From NCBI GenBank assembly GCA_963797095.1, contig CAWCNY010000005.1:32001-96000 (forward strand): a stretch of 64,000 nt of DNA. Reading direction: 5' to 3'. The position numbers were made by a program, and so were the translations under genes. The DNA comes from an uncultured Chloroflexia bacterium. Lineage in GTDB: Bacteria; Chloroflexota; Chloroflexia; QHBQ01; JADMIH01. Below are positions 30,140 through 40,570 of the stretch, in pieces. Numbering within the stretch: position 1 is the stretch's first letter; each line of letters opens with the position of its first letter. A model generated the notes under the pieces. It worked only from the letters and a program-made list of their open reading frames with translations, did not search any database and had not been told where the DNA came from.

Positions 30140-30689
30140 AGACTCTCCCTGCCGCGCAGCAGAAAGAACATGCTGACAGGCTGGGTTCCTATGCACCTTA
30201 ACAGGATTGGTCGGCTAGAAGTCGATGGCCTCCTCAACACCAAAAAGCGCTCCGGTCTCTTATAACCGGAAACAACAACACGGAGCAGTGCTCAAGTGTG
30301 CGTTCGTGTCACACCCTCTAAAGGCAAGATGAGCACTGCGCTACACGAACCAGTTGCGCGCATAGGGACACAAACCCTAAATAGCAACCCAACCGTGCCG
30401 AACTAACGATAACCCTCAAGCAAACGAACCAGGGCACACCCTGTCATCCTGAGCAAAGCGAAGGATCTCGCTCCCAAAGATCACGCTTCGAGAAGGCACC
30501 ACGCAAAAGTGTGTCCCAACGAGCAAGACCCACAACCTTCCTCAACAACCAAAACCAAATAGGGATGCAATCAAATGGCAGAATGCAGGCTAGGTTATGC
30601 AGCGCTCATATACGTCCCTATGCGAGGCTCTTCAGGGTAGTGCCAAAAACGACCGAACCTGTTGAAAAATCCGGGACTCCTCACGCTCT

Positions 30690-31090
30690 TGTCACAATAG
30701 CAGCAGATGGAGCCGTATCGTGTTAATCCAAGAAACGCTTGCAGTTCATCATAAATGCTCTCATGCTGCTCCAGCCACGGCCAATGTCCGCATTCATTCA
30801 AGAATGATAATCGCGCCTGTGGGATCCACTCCTTCAAGGTGAATGCCTGCGTGATCGGTTCGAAATCCTGGTACCGGTAGACGATCAAAGTTGGGGCTTG
30901 CCATGCTCCTATCTTATCCCAGCCCCTGAACTCGCCCAGCGTGCCTATAACTGACCGCTCAATCCGGGCTATCTTGTGGGTGATCCCCACTTGCTCCAGG
31001 TACTCAGAGCGATATGCCCTTGCCTTTGCGGGGTCGTAAAACTGCACCCGAAAGATGATCGACATCAGCTGCCGATAAAGCTCGCCGTAT
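30690..31090 (-). pseudogene. C-terminal remnant of an alpha/beta hydrolase
   Basis: APTLIVYR.QD...IPQARLSFLNECGHWPWLEQ..IYDELQAFL; 5' part replaced by the IS110 fragment. Confidence 0.7.
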
Positions 31091-31104
31091 CTACCCCGGC
31101 TTGG

Positions 31105-31378
31105 TCTTGCCTATGCCCAGCTGTTCAAACTCCCCCTCCAATAGGTTGTAGATCGGTTTCCAATAAACTCCGGTCAATTCCATGGCCACTGCTGTCACAC
31201 TGTTGGCCATGAGCCAGTCTGACAACTGCAGCAGGTCATTAGTCATGGTACCGAAACTCCTGACTTCCTTATGAGGCAAAGGCAGTTCCTGTTTATTAGA
31301 GTTCGGCGTGATAAGACAAGCCACTACTGTCTTCTTGTGTATGTCCAATCCACAACAGCGCTCATAAACCACTTGCAT
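31105..31378 (-). pseudogene. IS110-family recombinase N-terminal (DEDD RuvC-like) fragment
   Basis: CCGLDIHKKTVVAC, FGTMT.DL..L.DWL, VAMELTGVYWKPIYNLLE; truncated after about 88 aa; AGGAGG RBS. Confidence 0.9.
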
Positions 31379-31389
31379 AGCAGATACCT

Positions 31390-31735
31390 CCTGTCCGGTT
31401 GCCTGATTACTTGTCTGTTTAGTTGCTTGCAAGACAACTGAGCATGGTGTCCACCTATTAGTAGAATCTGCTCTACGTGCTTCCCTTCAGGTTACCAGGG
31501 TTACCAGGCTTATCAAACTTGTTACAGTTACCCGGATACGCCGAGTAGTAGCTGTCGGGAGCAACAATCAACGGTGCCTTAGGACACCAGGGTCAAACTC
31601 CTCCTGCGGGCTCGCGGCAGCAAAGCTGCATGCACCAACGTATCCCGACCTTGTTGCGCTCAGAGTGTCTGGAATATAGCACAGCACGGAGCGCGCCAGC
31701 CCCTCATTTTCATTACACGCTGGTGACCCTCAGGG
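31390..31735 (-). ncRNA. IS110 non-coding left end; candidate bridge RNA
   Basis: About 350 nt directly upstream of the IS110 ATG, with a -10-like TATATT and several stem-loops; IS110 non-coding ends are known to encode bridge RNAs. Confidence 0.55.
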
Positions 31736-31744
31736 TCATGGCTG

Positions 31745-32188
31745 GCTCCCCTGAGAATGCTGCTGGTGATGGACAACCTGGTAGGCCATACCACGCCTGA
31801 CTTGCTGGTGTGGATGTTCCAACGTGGGGTACTGCCCTTATACACCCCGCTGTCCGGGTCATGGCTTAACATGGCAGAATCATTCCAGAGGATAATGAAG
31901 AGGCGGGCATTGGAGGGACAACACCCGCAAACGCCGGAAGAGATCATCGAGTGGCTGGAAGCCACAGCACGAGGGTGGAATACACAGCCAACCCCATTCG
32001 ATTGGGGAGGCAAACGAGCAGCGAGGCGAGCGCGCAGCCGGGAACGGCGAAGGATACAAGGGTTGCAGGCAATGGGGCCGGGGCCGGGGCAATGGTTAGG
32101 AGGATCGGGAGCCTGTGCTCGCAAGCCGATACCTCGTCGTCACCAAAGCAACGAAAAATGGCTGTTAGCGTCACAAATGACCCACTAG
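31745..32188 (+). pseudogene. IS630-family transposase C-terminal fragment with its right end
   Basis: [45 protein letters not shown]; ends at CCCACTAG. Confidence 0.85.
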
Positions 32189-33530
32189 TACAGGTTGGCT
32201 CAAATGAGACCCCAGTATATAATGGCTGAAACACCAAGGGAGAGGTAACAGCCAATGCGTGGACCTAGAGGACCTAAACCGCCGATGATTGAACTCACCA
32301 GCATAGAGCGCCAGGAACTGAACAACCTGCTGCGCCGCCACTCGACACCACAGCAACTGACCTTGCGTGCCCGCATCGTGCTAGCCGCAGCCGACGGCCT
32401 CAACAACGGCCAGATTGTCCGAGAGCTAGGGGTTAGCCGTGATATGGCCCAACTGTGGCGGAGGCGCTGGCTCGATCTGCAAGCCGTGTCAGCGGATGAC
32501 TTGAGCGCCCCAGAGCGCCTGACTGATGTGCCCCGGTCGGGTGCGCCTGCCCGCATCAGTGCTGAGGCTGTGTGCCAGATTGTGGCTCTGGCATGTGAAG
32601 CTCCTGCACAGAGTGGGCGTCCTATCAGCCAGTGGAGCAGTCGTGAGATTGCCGATGAGGTGAAGAATCGCGGCATCGTTGAGCAGATATCACCTCGCCA
32701 TGCAGCCCGCCTGCTCAAAAGGGGGATCTCAAACCGCACCTGAGCCGTTACTGGCTGACCCCACCCTCTTATGAGCGAGAGGAGCGCTTCGATGAGAAGG
32801 TTTCGGACGTATGCTCTCTTTACCGTATGGCACAGGAGTTGACCAGGGCAGGAGAGGAGAGAGGGTGCTGAGTAGTGATGAGATGACCGGAGTACAAGCC
32901 CTGGAGCGCTGCCACCCCACCCTGCCGATGAAGCCTGGCAAGGTGGAGAGGCGAGAGTTCGAGTACATTCGTCATGGCACCCGTTCGTTCATCATCGACT
33001 TGGACGTGGCAACTGGGGGGATCGGCAACACCTCGAGTGGCCCCACGCGCAACGAGGCCGACTTTGCGGCCCATGTGCAGCGCAGTGTGGAGAGGGAGCC
33101 TTTGGTTAGGAAATGGCACTTTGTGGTGGACAACCTCGACACGCACCGCTCCGAGACGCTGGTGCGTTTGGTAGCCAGGGTAAGTGGGCTGGAGGAGATG
33201 GACCTGGGGGAGAAAGGCAAGAGCGGCATCCTGCACAACCGCCACAACCGCCTTTCGAGAGCAGCGTTTCTGAGCGAAGGCAGTCACAAGATCGTGTTTC
33301 ACTACACCCCCAAGCACAGTTCATGGCTGAACCAGATCGAGATATGGCTGAGCATATTGGTGCGCAAGCTGCTGAAACGAGGCAGCTTCCGCACGGTCGA
33401 GGAATTAGAAGCTAAAGTGATGGAGTTCATAGATTACTACAACAAGACGATGGCAAAGCCGTTTGCCTGGACCTACCGTGGCAAGGCTTTGGTGGCATAA
33501 CTGTGGCCTCACTTGAGCCAAGCTGTACTA
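32186..33530 (+). mobile_element. IS630-family IS, full length with a damaged transposase
   Basis: Inverted repeats TAGTACAGGTTGGCTCAAATGAG / CTCACTTGAGCCAAGCTGTACTA; HTH orfA 32255-32743; -1 slippery site AAAAGGGGG at 32717-32725; DDE part ends at 33500 (DEMTG, EFEYIRHGT, VDNLDTH, HYTPKHSSWLNQIE). Confidence 0.92.
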
Positions 33531-33792
33531 GTAGTCTGTCAAGCGGCATTTGGTAGGTTCTCAGGTTCAGGTTGCGAGGAGGCATGCACTTGGATGGTTG
33601 GATATAGCTTCTTCAACTTGATACGCGCATGGGCAGTTGTGAAACGCCATTCCACCGTGGCCTTCGCCCTGTTGCGCTCCGCCACCCACCCGCTCGTTTC
33701 CATCCCCAACCTCTCCTGGTCGGCTATTCGCTGGTCCAGACACTGCTTGCTCAGCACACTCAACTCGATCTTCGCCATGTTCTACCAAGTGC
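33529..33792 (-). pseudogene. Third IS630-family fragment (C-terminus and end)
   Basis: [19 protein letters not shown]...WVAERN...[18 protein letters not shown]; ends GACAGACTACTAG. Confidence 0.85.
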
Positions 33793-36700
33793 GTGGAGCA
33801 GGAGGGGAAGAAGGTGTTGGCTACTATCTTGCTGGCCTGACCACGGGTGGCATTGGAGCCTGGGCGGAAGTAGGGCAGGTCTGCGGGGTGCACGCATGGT
33901 TCGCCCGGGCTGCCACATGGATAGCCGCTCATGATCCCTCGGTCGGTCAATCTCCAGATGTAGTCGTAGAAGGTTGAGCCGGGAATTACGTCCTGGAACT
34001 GGTGCGCGCCGGGCGTTTCCGTGTATCCCGCCGCTTCCGACACTATCTTGGAGGTCTGGCCTCTGGTTACGTTAGCGTTGGGGCGGTAGTATGGGAGGTT
34101 GCCGGTGCCGCATGGCTCGCCCGGCCCACCACATGTGTAGCCGCTGACGATGCCGCGGTTTGCCAAGCGCCAGATGTAATCGAAGAAGGTGGAGCCGGGG
34201 GGCACATCCTGGAACTGCTGAGAGCCGGGGGTTTCGTCGAAGCCTGCCGCACTGGAGGCTATCTTGGCTAACTGCCCGCGTGTGACAAGGTTGTCGGGCT
34301 TGAAGCATGGGTTGCCGGTGGCGCAGCCCGTGGTGTAGCCGTTGATGATGCCCCGGCATGCCAGGCACCGGATATATGAGTAGAAAGTATGGGTTGCAGG
34401 CACATCGGTGAACTGAAGCGGGCAGAGCGTTGGAGTGGAGGTGGGTGGGACGGCTGTTGCCGTGGCTGTTGCCGTGGCTGTTGCCGTGGCTGTTGCCGTG
34501 GCTGTTGCCGTGGCTGTTGCCGTGGCTGTTGCCGTGGCTGTTGCCGTGTTTGTATAGGTGCTCGTGGGTGGATTGGTGGGTGTGCCGGTGGGCGCCGGCG
34601 CTGTTGCCGAGGCCGTTGATGTGCTGCCTGGGGTATCAGTAGGGATGGGTGTGAGTGTGGCGGTGTTTGTTTCAGCAGGGGTGGATGTTGGTAGTATCGG
34701 GGTAGCGGTAATCTCAGCTAACGTGGGAGTGCTTGTGGGCGTATTGGTAGAGGTGTTGGTACTTGTCGGTGTATTGGTGGCGGTTGAGGTGGCGGTGTTG
34801 GTATTCGTGGGGCTGGCGGTAGTGGTTGCGGTAGCAGTATTGGTACGTGTTGGGGTGCTCGTAGGAACAGGCGTGTTCGTATTGCTGGTGGTGGCTGTTG
34901 GCGAGTTAGTTACAGTAGCTGTGTGGGTTGGGGTGGCTGTGCTTGTTCTGGTGGGGGTATTTGTAGGAACCGGGGTGTTGGTGGATGTAGGTGTATTTGT
35001 TGGGATAGGGGTATTGGTGGTCGTGGGAGTGTTGGTCAGGAGGGGGGTATTGGTGGTCGTGGGAGTGTTGGTCAGGGTGGGAGTGGGGGAGGGCACGACG
35101 GATAAGAGATATCTTCCTACCTCGGCGTCGTGGTCGCTGTCCTGGGGCATGTACTCCGCATTAATATGTACAGCATCGTAGTTGGTGCTTGTCGCGAGGA
35201 GGGCGTCACTGGCAAACTCGTGGTCAAGACTTTGAGAGTTGCCTTGATAGTCGTAGCTGTAGCGTTCCTCATGGGGGAGGGTATCGATCATGGGATTGAG
35301 GCCCGCGCTTTGGAGGATTTGAAGTGGTGGTGACCACTCGAAGTCGTTGAGGTCGCCCACGACGGCAATCAGCGCGTTGGGATCGTAGGTGAGGATCTGG
35401 CCGACGGTGTCGGAAACGACGTTGGCTTGCTGGATGCGCTGCGGTTCGGAGGCGAGGATAGGCGGCTGGTTCTTGGCGAAGAGAACGTCGTCTCCTCCCT
35501 TGGAGTTGAAGTGATTGCCTATCACGAAGAGCTTGCGACCGTTGTACATGAACTCACCCGCGAGAGGCTTGCGGCTATCGGTGAAGGCGGAGTTCAAGGG
35601 GTCGAGCCTGCCGGGGCTGTACTGCAAATAGGGTTGGCCCGACTGGGTGAGGACCATAGTGGGAGTGATAGGGCCGCCGCCGGGACGGTCGACGAAGGAG
35701 AGGCCGCGATCGGTCCTGAACATAAAGCCCTGGCGAATGTTGCCGCCGGGCGCGCCGCCATCTTGATCGTTCACGGGGTCTATCTGGCGGTAGTCATAGG
35801 TTGGGCCGCCTGCCGTCTGGATCGCAGAAATCAGCATGCTCCAGGTGAGGCTGGCCGAGACTGTGCCGTCGTCAACGATGCCGTTGTTGTCCTGCATCTC
35901 CTCGATTGTGATCAGGTCGGGTGCTTTCATGTTGTTGATGATCAGGCTCGCGAGGTTGCTGAACTTGGAAGGCGGATCGCTTGGCGCGAGGTTTTCGACG
36001 TTGAAGTTGCCTATGGTCAACTCGTTGGGGGCAGGGTCGCCGGTGGACTCTTTGGGGAGGTTGCCCGGCACAGCAGCGGGCAGACTGGTGGCATTGAGCA
36101 GGAACTTGCCAAAGTCATAATTCATTATCCCAACGATGGGCTGGGTGAAAGAATCGCTGACGCTGAGGTCGGGGATCGTAACGAACTGGTTTGTGACCAC
36201 GATGCGCTCAGGGTTGAGGTCATTCTGGCGGATCACGAGGCCGCCGCGATTGGTACGAACATTGGCGTTGGCACCGTTATCGCCAATGGCATAGAACTCG
36301 CGGTTGGGCAGGGCGCCGGTGAACTGGGCGGTTGGCCCGACCACCACGGCATTATTGACCTGCACCCGCATCAACTCGAGGCTCTCCCAGAAGTCGATGC
36401 CGTCGCTGTCGGCATCGAACGAGCCGCATAGCTCGACGTTGCCGCAGGAGGCATCGTCATCGTAAACCATGTTGGGCGGGATGCGCCCACCGGTGCCGAC
36501 TATTATAGGCGCTGGGAGCGGATTGCCAGTAGAGAGGGTGATGATCGTCGGGAAGCCGATCTCGGTGGAGGTAAGGTTGGAGGTGGTAGTGCCTCCGGGC
36601 CGGAACTCCTGGACGTTGCCACTGACCAGGAGGTAGTCGCCTTCGTTGACGGTGGGGGCACTGCTTGTGAATACGAATATACCCTCTGAGGTAGCATTAT

Positions 36701-39700
36701 TGGCGTCGGGATTGGGGTCCTGGAAGTAGAAGCCGTTGGTGACCTTGGCGGTAACAATGCCGGGGAGATTTACGACGGTGGCACCGGCGTAAGGAGAGAT
36801 GTGGGCCGCGCCTTCGACGTCATGGATGCGGAGGGGGCCGGCGGTGGGGGCGGGGGAAGCGGTCCGGGTGGAAGTGGCGGTGGCAGGAGTGCCAGTATCG
36901 GTGGCGGCAGGCGTGAATGTTGGGGTGGCGGTGGGGCCGGGGCAATCGAACACCAGATCGTCGAAGTAGATGGTGGCGGGATTGCCATCGGATGTATAGA
37001 AGATCGCCTTGTAGTAAGCGGACAGTGCGCCTGCGGGGGCCGTTGCATCGCCTGTGATGTATTGCCAATTGGGACCGTTGCTGCCCAGGAAGATGTCGGT
37101 TTGCCCGTTGTTGCCGCAACCGCCGGGGGTAGCGCATGGATACCAGAGGATGCGGATGCGCGCCGAGGCGATATTGGAGGCGGAGCGCAGAACGGCAGCG
37201 CGAACGTGATAGGTCTCACCCGCCTGGATGTTCATGACCGCCTGCTGGATGCCTTGCGAGTTGTTGACAAGAGAACTGGTCACACCCACGGCATAGTCGC
37301 CGTCGTAGATCGGGGTCGGGACGACCGTAGCACCAATGCCGGACTGAGTTATCACCCATGGAGAGAGGTTGCCTGTCTCGAAGTCGCCGTTAACAAGGAG
37401 ATTGCAAAGAGGAGGTGTGGGAGTGCCCGTGGGGGTGGCGGTGCCGCCCTGGCCGCACGGGAGATAGCCCACTGACCAGTCGTAGTCGAACACGTCTTTG
37501 TAGTACTGGTAGGCCGCGTTCGATTGTATTTGGAGGCCGTATTCTCGATTGTTCTTGGAGCTATTGAGCGAGCCGTTGATGCTTGTGATGTGAACGTAAC
37601 CCTGGCCGGAGTGGTTGACGAAGACCCACTTGCTGTGGATATTGCCTGGGACACCGGTAGCGCCCATTGTGCCGCCCGTAGGCTCGCCTATCCTGGCTTG
37701 CAGGTTGGGGAGGCCGAGGCCGTTTATGTAGGCGATTGTGGCGGGGTTATGGGTGGAGCTTGAACAGTCGCCACCTTCATAGAAGCCGTCGAGGAGGATC
37801 CTGACGTTGGCCCCGCGCTGGGCGGCGCGGATGTAGGCGTCGAGGCGCGGGTTGGGGCCATTGGTTGGGCTAGATTCCCAGTATTTGCGCTCGTACTGCT
37901 GCTCGACCATGATTTCGTCGCCTGGGCCAGCCATGTTGACCATGCCGATCAGGCCGTCAACGTCGCGGAGGGCGTTATCGGGCGACTGGACGATCTCGAT
38001 ACTCTCGGTCTCGGTGACGACGAGGGGCGTGGGCTTTACAGGTGTGTAGCCTGTGCGGTCGCCCTGCGGATCGGGGGTGAAGGAGGGCGAGGGAGTGCCG
38101 AGGCCAGGGTAGGGGACGAGGTCGGCGAACCTGCCGGGCGAGAAGTCGAAGCTGACGAGGCGGAGGGTGTAGCTCACCACGTCGGGAGCGTTGGTGATGA
38201 TCATAGCGCCGCGACTGCCCGCTGTGCCGTTCGCCTTGTTGTCGCTTGCCATTCCGCTTGCGGAGAAGTTGTCGGAGCCTGTGACTACCCATTGATTGTC
38301 CACTACCATGATCTTGGCGTGGACGTTGTTATAGCGGTAATTGTCGTCGGGGGTGCCGGGGTCGCCACTGAAGAAGTAGACGGGGATGCCTGCGTCGGAC
38401 CACTGCTTGGCGCTCCAGAGAGTTTCCTCGTCGGGGCGCGGCGGCACGTAGCAACATGGATTGCCTTCGAGGGCGATGCTGACCTGCACGCCCCGGTTCT
38501 TGGCATCAATGATGTCCTGCACCCAGATGGAGTCGTGCCATTCATAGGTCTCGATGGTGATCGATTGGGTGGCCGAAAGGATGAGGCTCCTGATGGCGTC
38601 GAAGCCGTTGTCAGGCTCTACCAGGAATTTGGTGGTGACGTTGGTGTCGGTGTATTTCTTGGTGAAGAACATGTCCTCATAGGTGGGATCGTTGAGCGCC
38701 CAGCCGGGCCGCAAGAGCTTCTTGCCCATGATATCGTCGTTTTCGCGGGCGTCGGGCGTGGGAGTGCCCGCGCCTGCCGGGTCGTCGTCCTGGGCCCAAT
38801 CGTCGTTGGTGTTTGTATCAGGAACAGGGAGCGCAGTGTATTCGTCGAGCTTGCGATAGAAGGTCTGGCCCGCCTCTTGAAAGTCGGGTTGGCCTGAGGG
38901 TAGGTAGGGTTGGACGGAAGTGCCGCTCCAACCGGGAGTAGATATGCTACCGCTCTTGTAGACGAGGGTATCAACGGTGGCTCCGGCCTGGGTTTGCAGT
39001 TGCACGCCCGCGCCCGCGTCGGGGAAGTTGAAGCCTGCGACGGCGTTCGCCTGTGGAACGGTTGGATCGGTATCGGCGGCGTATTCGAGGTCGGGATTAA
39101 AACCGTAGAGAGCACTAAAGCCGGTGGCGGTGTTGGCTAGCCAGAGCTTGCCGCCTGCGGGTATTGTGAGTCCTGTGGGGAGGGTGATCGCGCCGGTGGA
39201 GTCCACGATGCGCCAATCACCGATGTTTACGGGTGAAGAGTCCACGTTGATAAGACGGATCGCCTCGTCTGTGCCGGTGAGATAGCTTGTGTAGTGGAGC
39301 ATGTAAATGAGGACGTGGGGGAGTACGGGCGTGACGGTGGCCGTGGATGTCGAGGTATTGGTGGGGCCGCCTGGGGTGTTGGTAGATGTGGAGGTGTTGG
39401 TGGAAGTTGGGGGAGTGCCTGTTACGGTATCCGTTGGTGTGCTTGACGAGCAAGGGTTGTGAGGAGAGGCGCTGTTGCGCGGGTTCGGTGGATTGGAAAG
39501 GGTGAAGTCGGCGCTGTTGTCATCGGTGTCGGTACAGCCGCCACCCAGGCGTATGTCGCTTATGGGGTTGCTGGGAGCAGGAGCAGGGCCGGTGCCCTCG
39601 AAGCAATTGGCGGTGGTACCGAAGCCAACGATTTCAACAAGGGAACCGCCTGAGGGGCATGCGCCCGTGAGCGCGATAGTGGAGCTTACGAGTGCCACTT

Positions 39701-40139
39701 TGCCCGCAGTGGCACTCATGGCAATGGTGCCGGTGGCATCGGGCGTGGGGAGGGGTTGGCTGCCACCGGCCCCTTGCGCCTCCTGTATCAGATAGTAGCC
39801 GCCCGCCGGTATGGAGCCTGACAGGGCGGTAGTTTGCCAGGTGGTGCCGGTGGCAGAGGCGTATTGCACAGACCAACCGGTAACGTCGACGGATGAGGCG
39901 CTGCGGTTGAAGATTTCAATGAAGTCGTTTGTGTAGAGCGAGCCGCTGTTGCCGCCACCGCCATACACCTGGCTGATCACCACTGACGAGCTTTCGGGCG
40001 CGTTTTTTGGAAGCCTGGAGAGAGGGGCCGACGCGTTGACCACATAGACCCCCAGACCGAATGCAAATATGAATATCAACGACAACAGCATAAGGACGCC
40101 GGCAAGGCGTCTGCGCCCTGCTTCAACGAATTGAGACAT
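33567..40139 (-). CDS. Giant secreted multidomain protein: two lamin-tail domains, phospholipase D (two HKD-type motifs), CBM-like, OB-fold + EEP nuclease, Thr-rich stalk, three SLH-like repeats; 3' end fused to the IS630 remnant
   Basis: [20 protein letters not shown] and [25 protein letters not shown]...[30 protein letters not shown]; GGAGG RBS before ATG 40139. Confidence 0.9.
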   Translation of the reverse strand: MSQFVEAGRRRLAGVLMLLSLIFIFAFGLGVYVVNASAPLSRLPKNAPESSSVVISQVYGGGGNSGSLYTNDFIEIFNRSASSVDVTGWSVQYASATGTTWQTTALSGSIPAGGYYLIQEAQGAGGSQPLPTPDATGTIAMSATAGKVALVSSTIALTGACPSGGSLVEIVGFGTTANCFEGTGPAPAPSNPISDIRLGGGCTDTDDNSADFTLSNPPNPRNSASPHNPCSSSTPTDTVTGTPPTSTNTSTSTNTPGGPTNTSTSTATVTPVLPHVLIYMLHYTSYLTGTDEAIRLINVDSSPVNIGDWRIVDSTGAITLPTGLTIPAGGKLWLANTATGFSALYGFNPDLEYAADTDPTVPQANAVAGFNFPDAGAGVQLQTQAGATVDTLVYKSGSISTPGWSGTSVQPYLPSGQPDFQEAGQTFYRKLDEYTALPVPDTNTNDDWAQDDDPAGAGTPTPDARENDDIMGKKLLRPGWALNDPTYEDMFFTKKYTDTNVTTKFLVEPDNGFDAIRSLILSATQSITIETYEWHDSIWVQDIIDAKNRGVQVSIALEGNPCCYVPPRPDEETLWSAKQWSDAGIPVYFFSGDPGTPDDNYRYNNVHAKIMVVDNQWVVTGSDNFSASGMASDNKANGTAGSRGAMIITNAPDVVSYTLRLVSFDFSPGRFADLVPYPGLGTPSPSFTPDPQGDRTGYTPVKPTPLVVTETESIEIVQSPDNALRDVDGLIGMVNMAGPGDEIMVEQQYERKYWESSPTNGPNPRLDAYIRAAQRGANVRILLDGFYEGGDCSSSTHNPATIAYINGLGLPNLQARIGEPTGGTMGATGVPGNIHSKWVFVNHSGQGYVHITSINGSLNSSKNNREYGLQIQSNAAYQYYKDVFDYDWSVGYLPCGQGGTATPTGTPTPPLCNLLVNGDFETGNLSPWVITQSGIGATVVPTPIYDGDYAVGVTSSLVNNSQGIQQAVMNIQAGETYHVRAAVLRSASNIASARIRILWYPCATPGGCGNNGQTDIFLGSNGPNWQYITGDATAPAGALSAYYKAIFYTSDGNPATIYFDDLVFDCPGPTATPTFTPAATDTGTPATATSTRTASPAPTAGPLRIHDVEGAAHISPYAGATVVNLPGIVTAKVTNGFYFQDPNPDANNATSEGIFVFTSSAPTVNEGDYLLVSGNVQEFRPGGTTTSNLTSTEIGFPTIITLSTGNPLPAPIIVGTGGRIPPNMVYDDDASCGNVELCGSFDADSDGIDFWESLELMRVQVNNAVVVGPTAQFTGALPNREFYAIGDNGANANVRTNRGGLVIRQNDLNPERIVVTNQFVTIPDLSVSDSFTQPIVGIMNYDFGKFLLNATSLPAAVPGNLPKESTGDPAPNELTIGNFNVENLAPSDPPSKFSNLASLIINNMKAPDLITIEEMQDNNGIVDDGTVSASLTWSMLISAIQTAGGPTYDYRQIDPVNDQDGGAPGGNIRQGFMFRTDRGLSFVDRPGGGPITPTMVLTQSGQPYLQYSPGRLDPLNSAFTDSRKPLAGEFMYNGRKLFVIGNHFNSKGGDDVLFAKNQPPILASEPQRIQQANVVSDTVGQILTYDPNALIAVVGDLNDFEWSPPLQILQSAGLNPMIDTLPHEERYSYDYQGNSQSLDHEFASDALLATSTNYDAVHINAEYMPQDSDHDAEVGRYLLSVVPSPTPTLTNTPTTTNTPLLTNTPTTTNTPIPTNTPTSTNTPVPTNTPTRTSTATPTHTATVTNSPTATTSNTNTPVPTSTPTRTNTATATTTASPTNTNTATSTATNTPTSTNTSTNTPTSTPTLAEITATPILPTSTPAETNTATLTPIPTDTPGSTSTASATAPAPTGTPTNPPTSTYTNTATATATATATATATATATATATATATATATAVPPTSTPTLCPLQFTDVPATHTFYSYIRCLACRGIINGYTTGCATGNPCFKPDNLVTRGQLAKIASSAAGFDETPGSQQFQDVPPGSTFFDYIWRLANRGIVSGYTCGGPGEPCGTGNLPYYRPNANVTRGQTSKIVSEAAGYTETPGAHQFQDVIPGSTFYDYIWRLTDRGIMSGYPCGSPGEPCVHPADLPYFRPGSNATRGQASKIVANTFFPSCSTHLVEHGEDRVECAEQAVSGPANSRPGEVGDGNERVGGGAQQGEGHGGMAFHNCPCAYQVEEAISNHPSACLLAT
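34452..34547. repeat. 12-bp coding tandem repeat (GCCGTGGCTGTT, about 8 copies) encoding (TA)n
   Basis: Directly visible inside the Thr-rich stalk. Confidence 0.9.
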
Positions 40140-40160
40140 GCCTTTTGCTCCTCCCTCGCG

Positions 40161-40238
40161 AATGGACGGCCATGCGTGACCTGCGCACGGCGGTGTAATA
40201 ATGGACGGCCATGCGTGACCTGCGCACGGCGGTGTAAT
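40161..40238. repeat. Exact 39-bp tandem duplication upstream of the giant gene
   Basis: AATGGACGGCCATGCGTGACCTGCGCACGGCGGTGTAAT twice. Confidence 0.9.
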
Positions 40239-40449
40239 GTCGTACTCCAAGAGCCGCACAAGTATAACAAATTCGGAGTTAACGAGGGGTTAACGTAGAA
40301 CGGTCCTGGGGAGGAGAAAAAAGAAGTCGATGGCAACGACCTATTCTTGCCCTCATTAATCAGATGACATTGAGGACAAGAAACGGGACAGGTTTTGAGG
40401 TGTACTTTCGGGTGGTTTTTTGGGGGAGAAAGGTGGAGGAACCCGCCTA

Positions 40450-40495
40450 AAAATTAAGGACAAACCCCGGCGGGTTGGGCGGTCCGCCGGGGTTA
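40450..40495 (-). terminator. GC-rich hairpin; terminator of the antiporter gene or 3' end of a small RNA
   Basis: AACCCCGGCGG...CCGCCGGGGTT followed on the minus strand by TGTCCTTAATTTTT. Confidence 0.55.
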
Positions 40496-40570
40496 TCCCA
40501 AAGGAGGAAAGTTCTTCTATATAGCATAACGAACCAGGGTGCGGTTCGCTTCACCCGATTCTGGGCAATC

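Noticed and set aside
30295-30420. Group II intron 5' end (GTGCG)
   Set aside because: No domain V/VI motif or reverse transcriptase is visible nearby.
34452-35090. Regular repeats as a CRISPR or non-coding array, and the Val-rich plus-strand ORF 34558-35181
   Set aside because: The repeats encode the Thr/Pro/Ala stalk of the minus-strand protein; the Val-rich ORF is its antisense shadow.
35427-36431. 334-aa plus-strand ORF
   Set aside because: Antisense to the EEP nuclease domain with no independent coding signal.
40161-40238. 39-bp direct repeat as a CRISPR array
   Set aside because: Only two adjacent copies, no spacer, and no cas genes in the window.
33567-40259. Track start at 40259 for the giant ORF
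   Set aside because: The extra 40 codons come from the 39-bp duplication; the RBS and signal sequence support ATG 40139.
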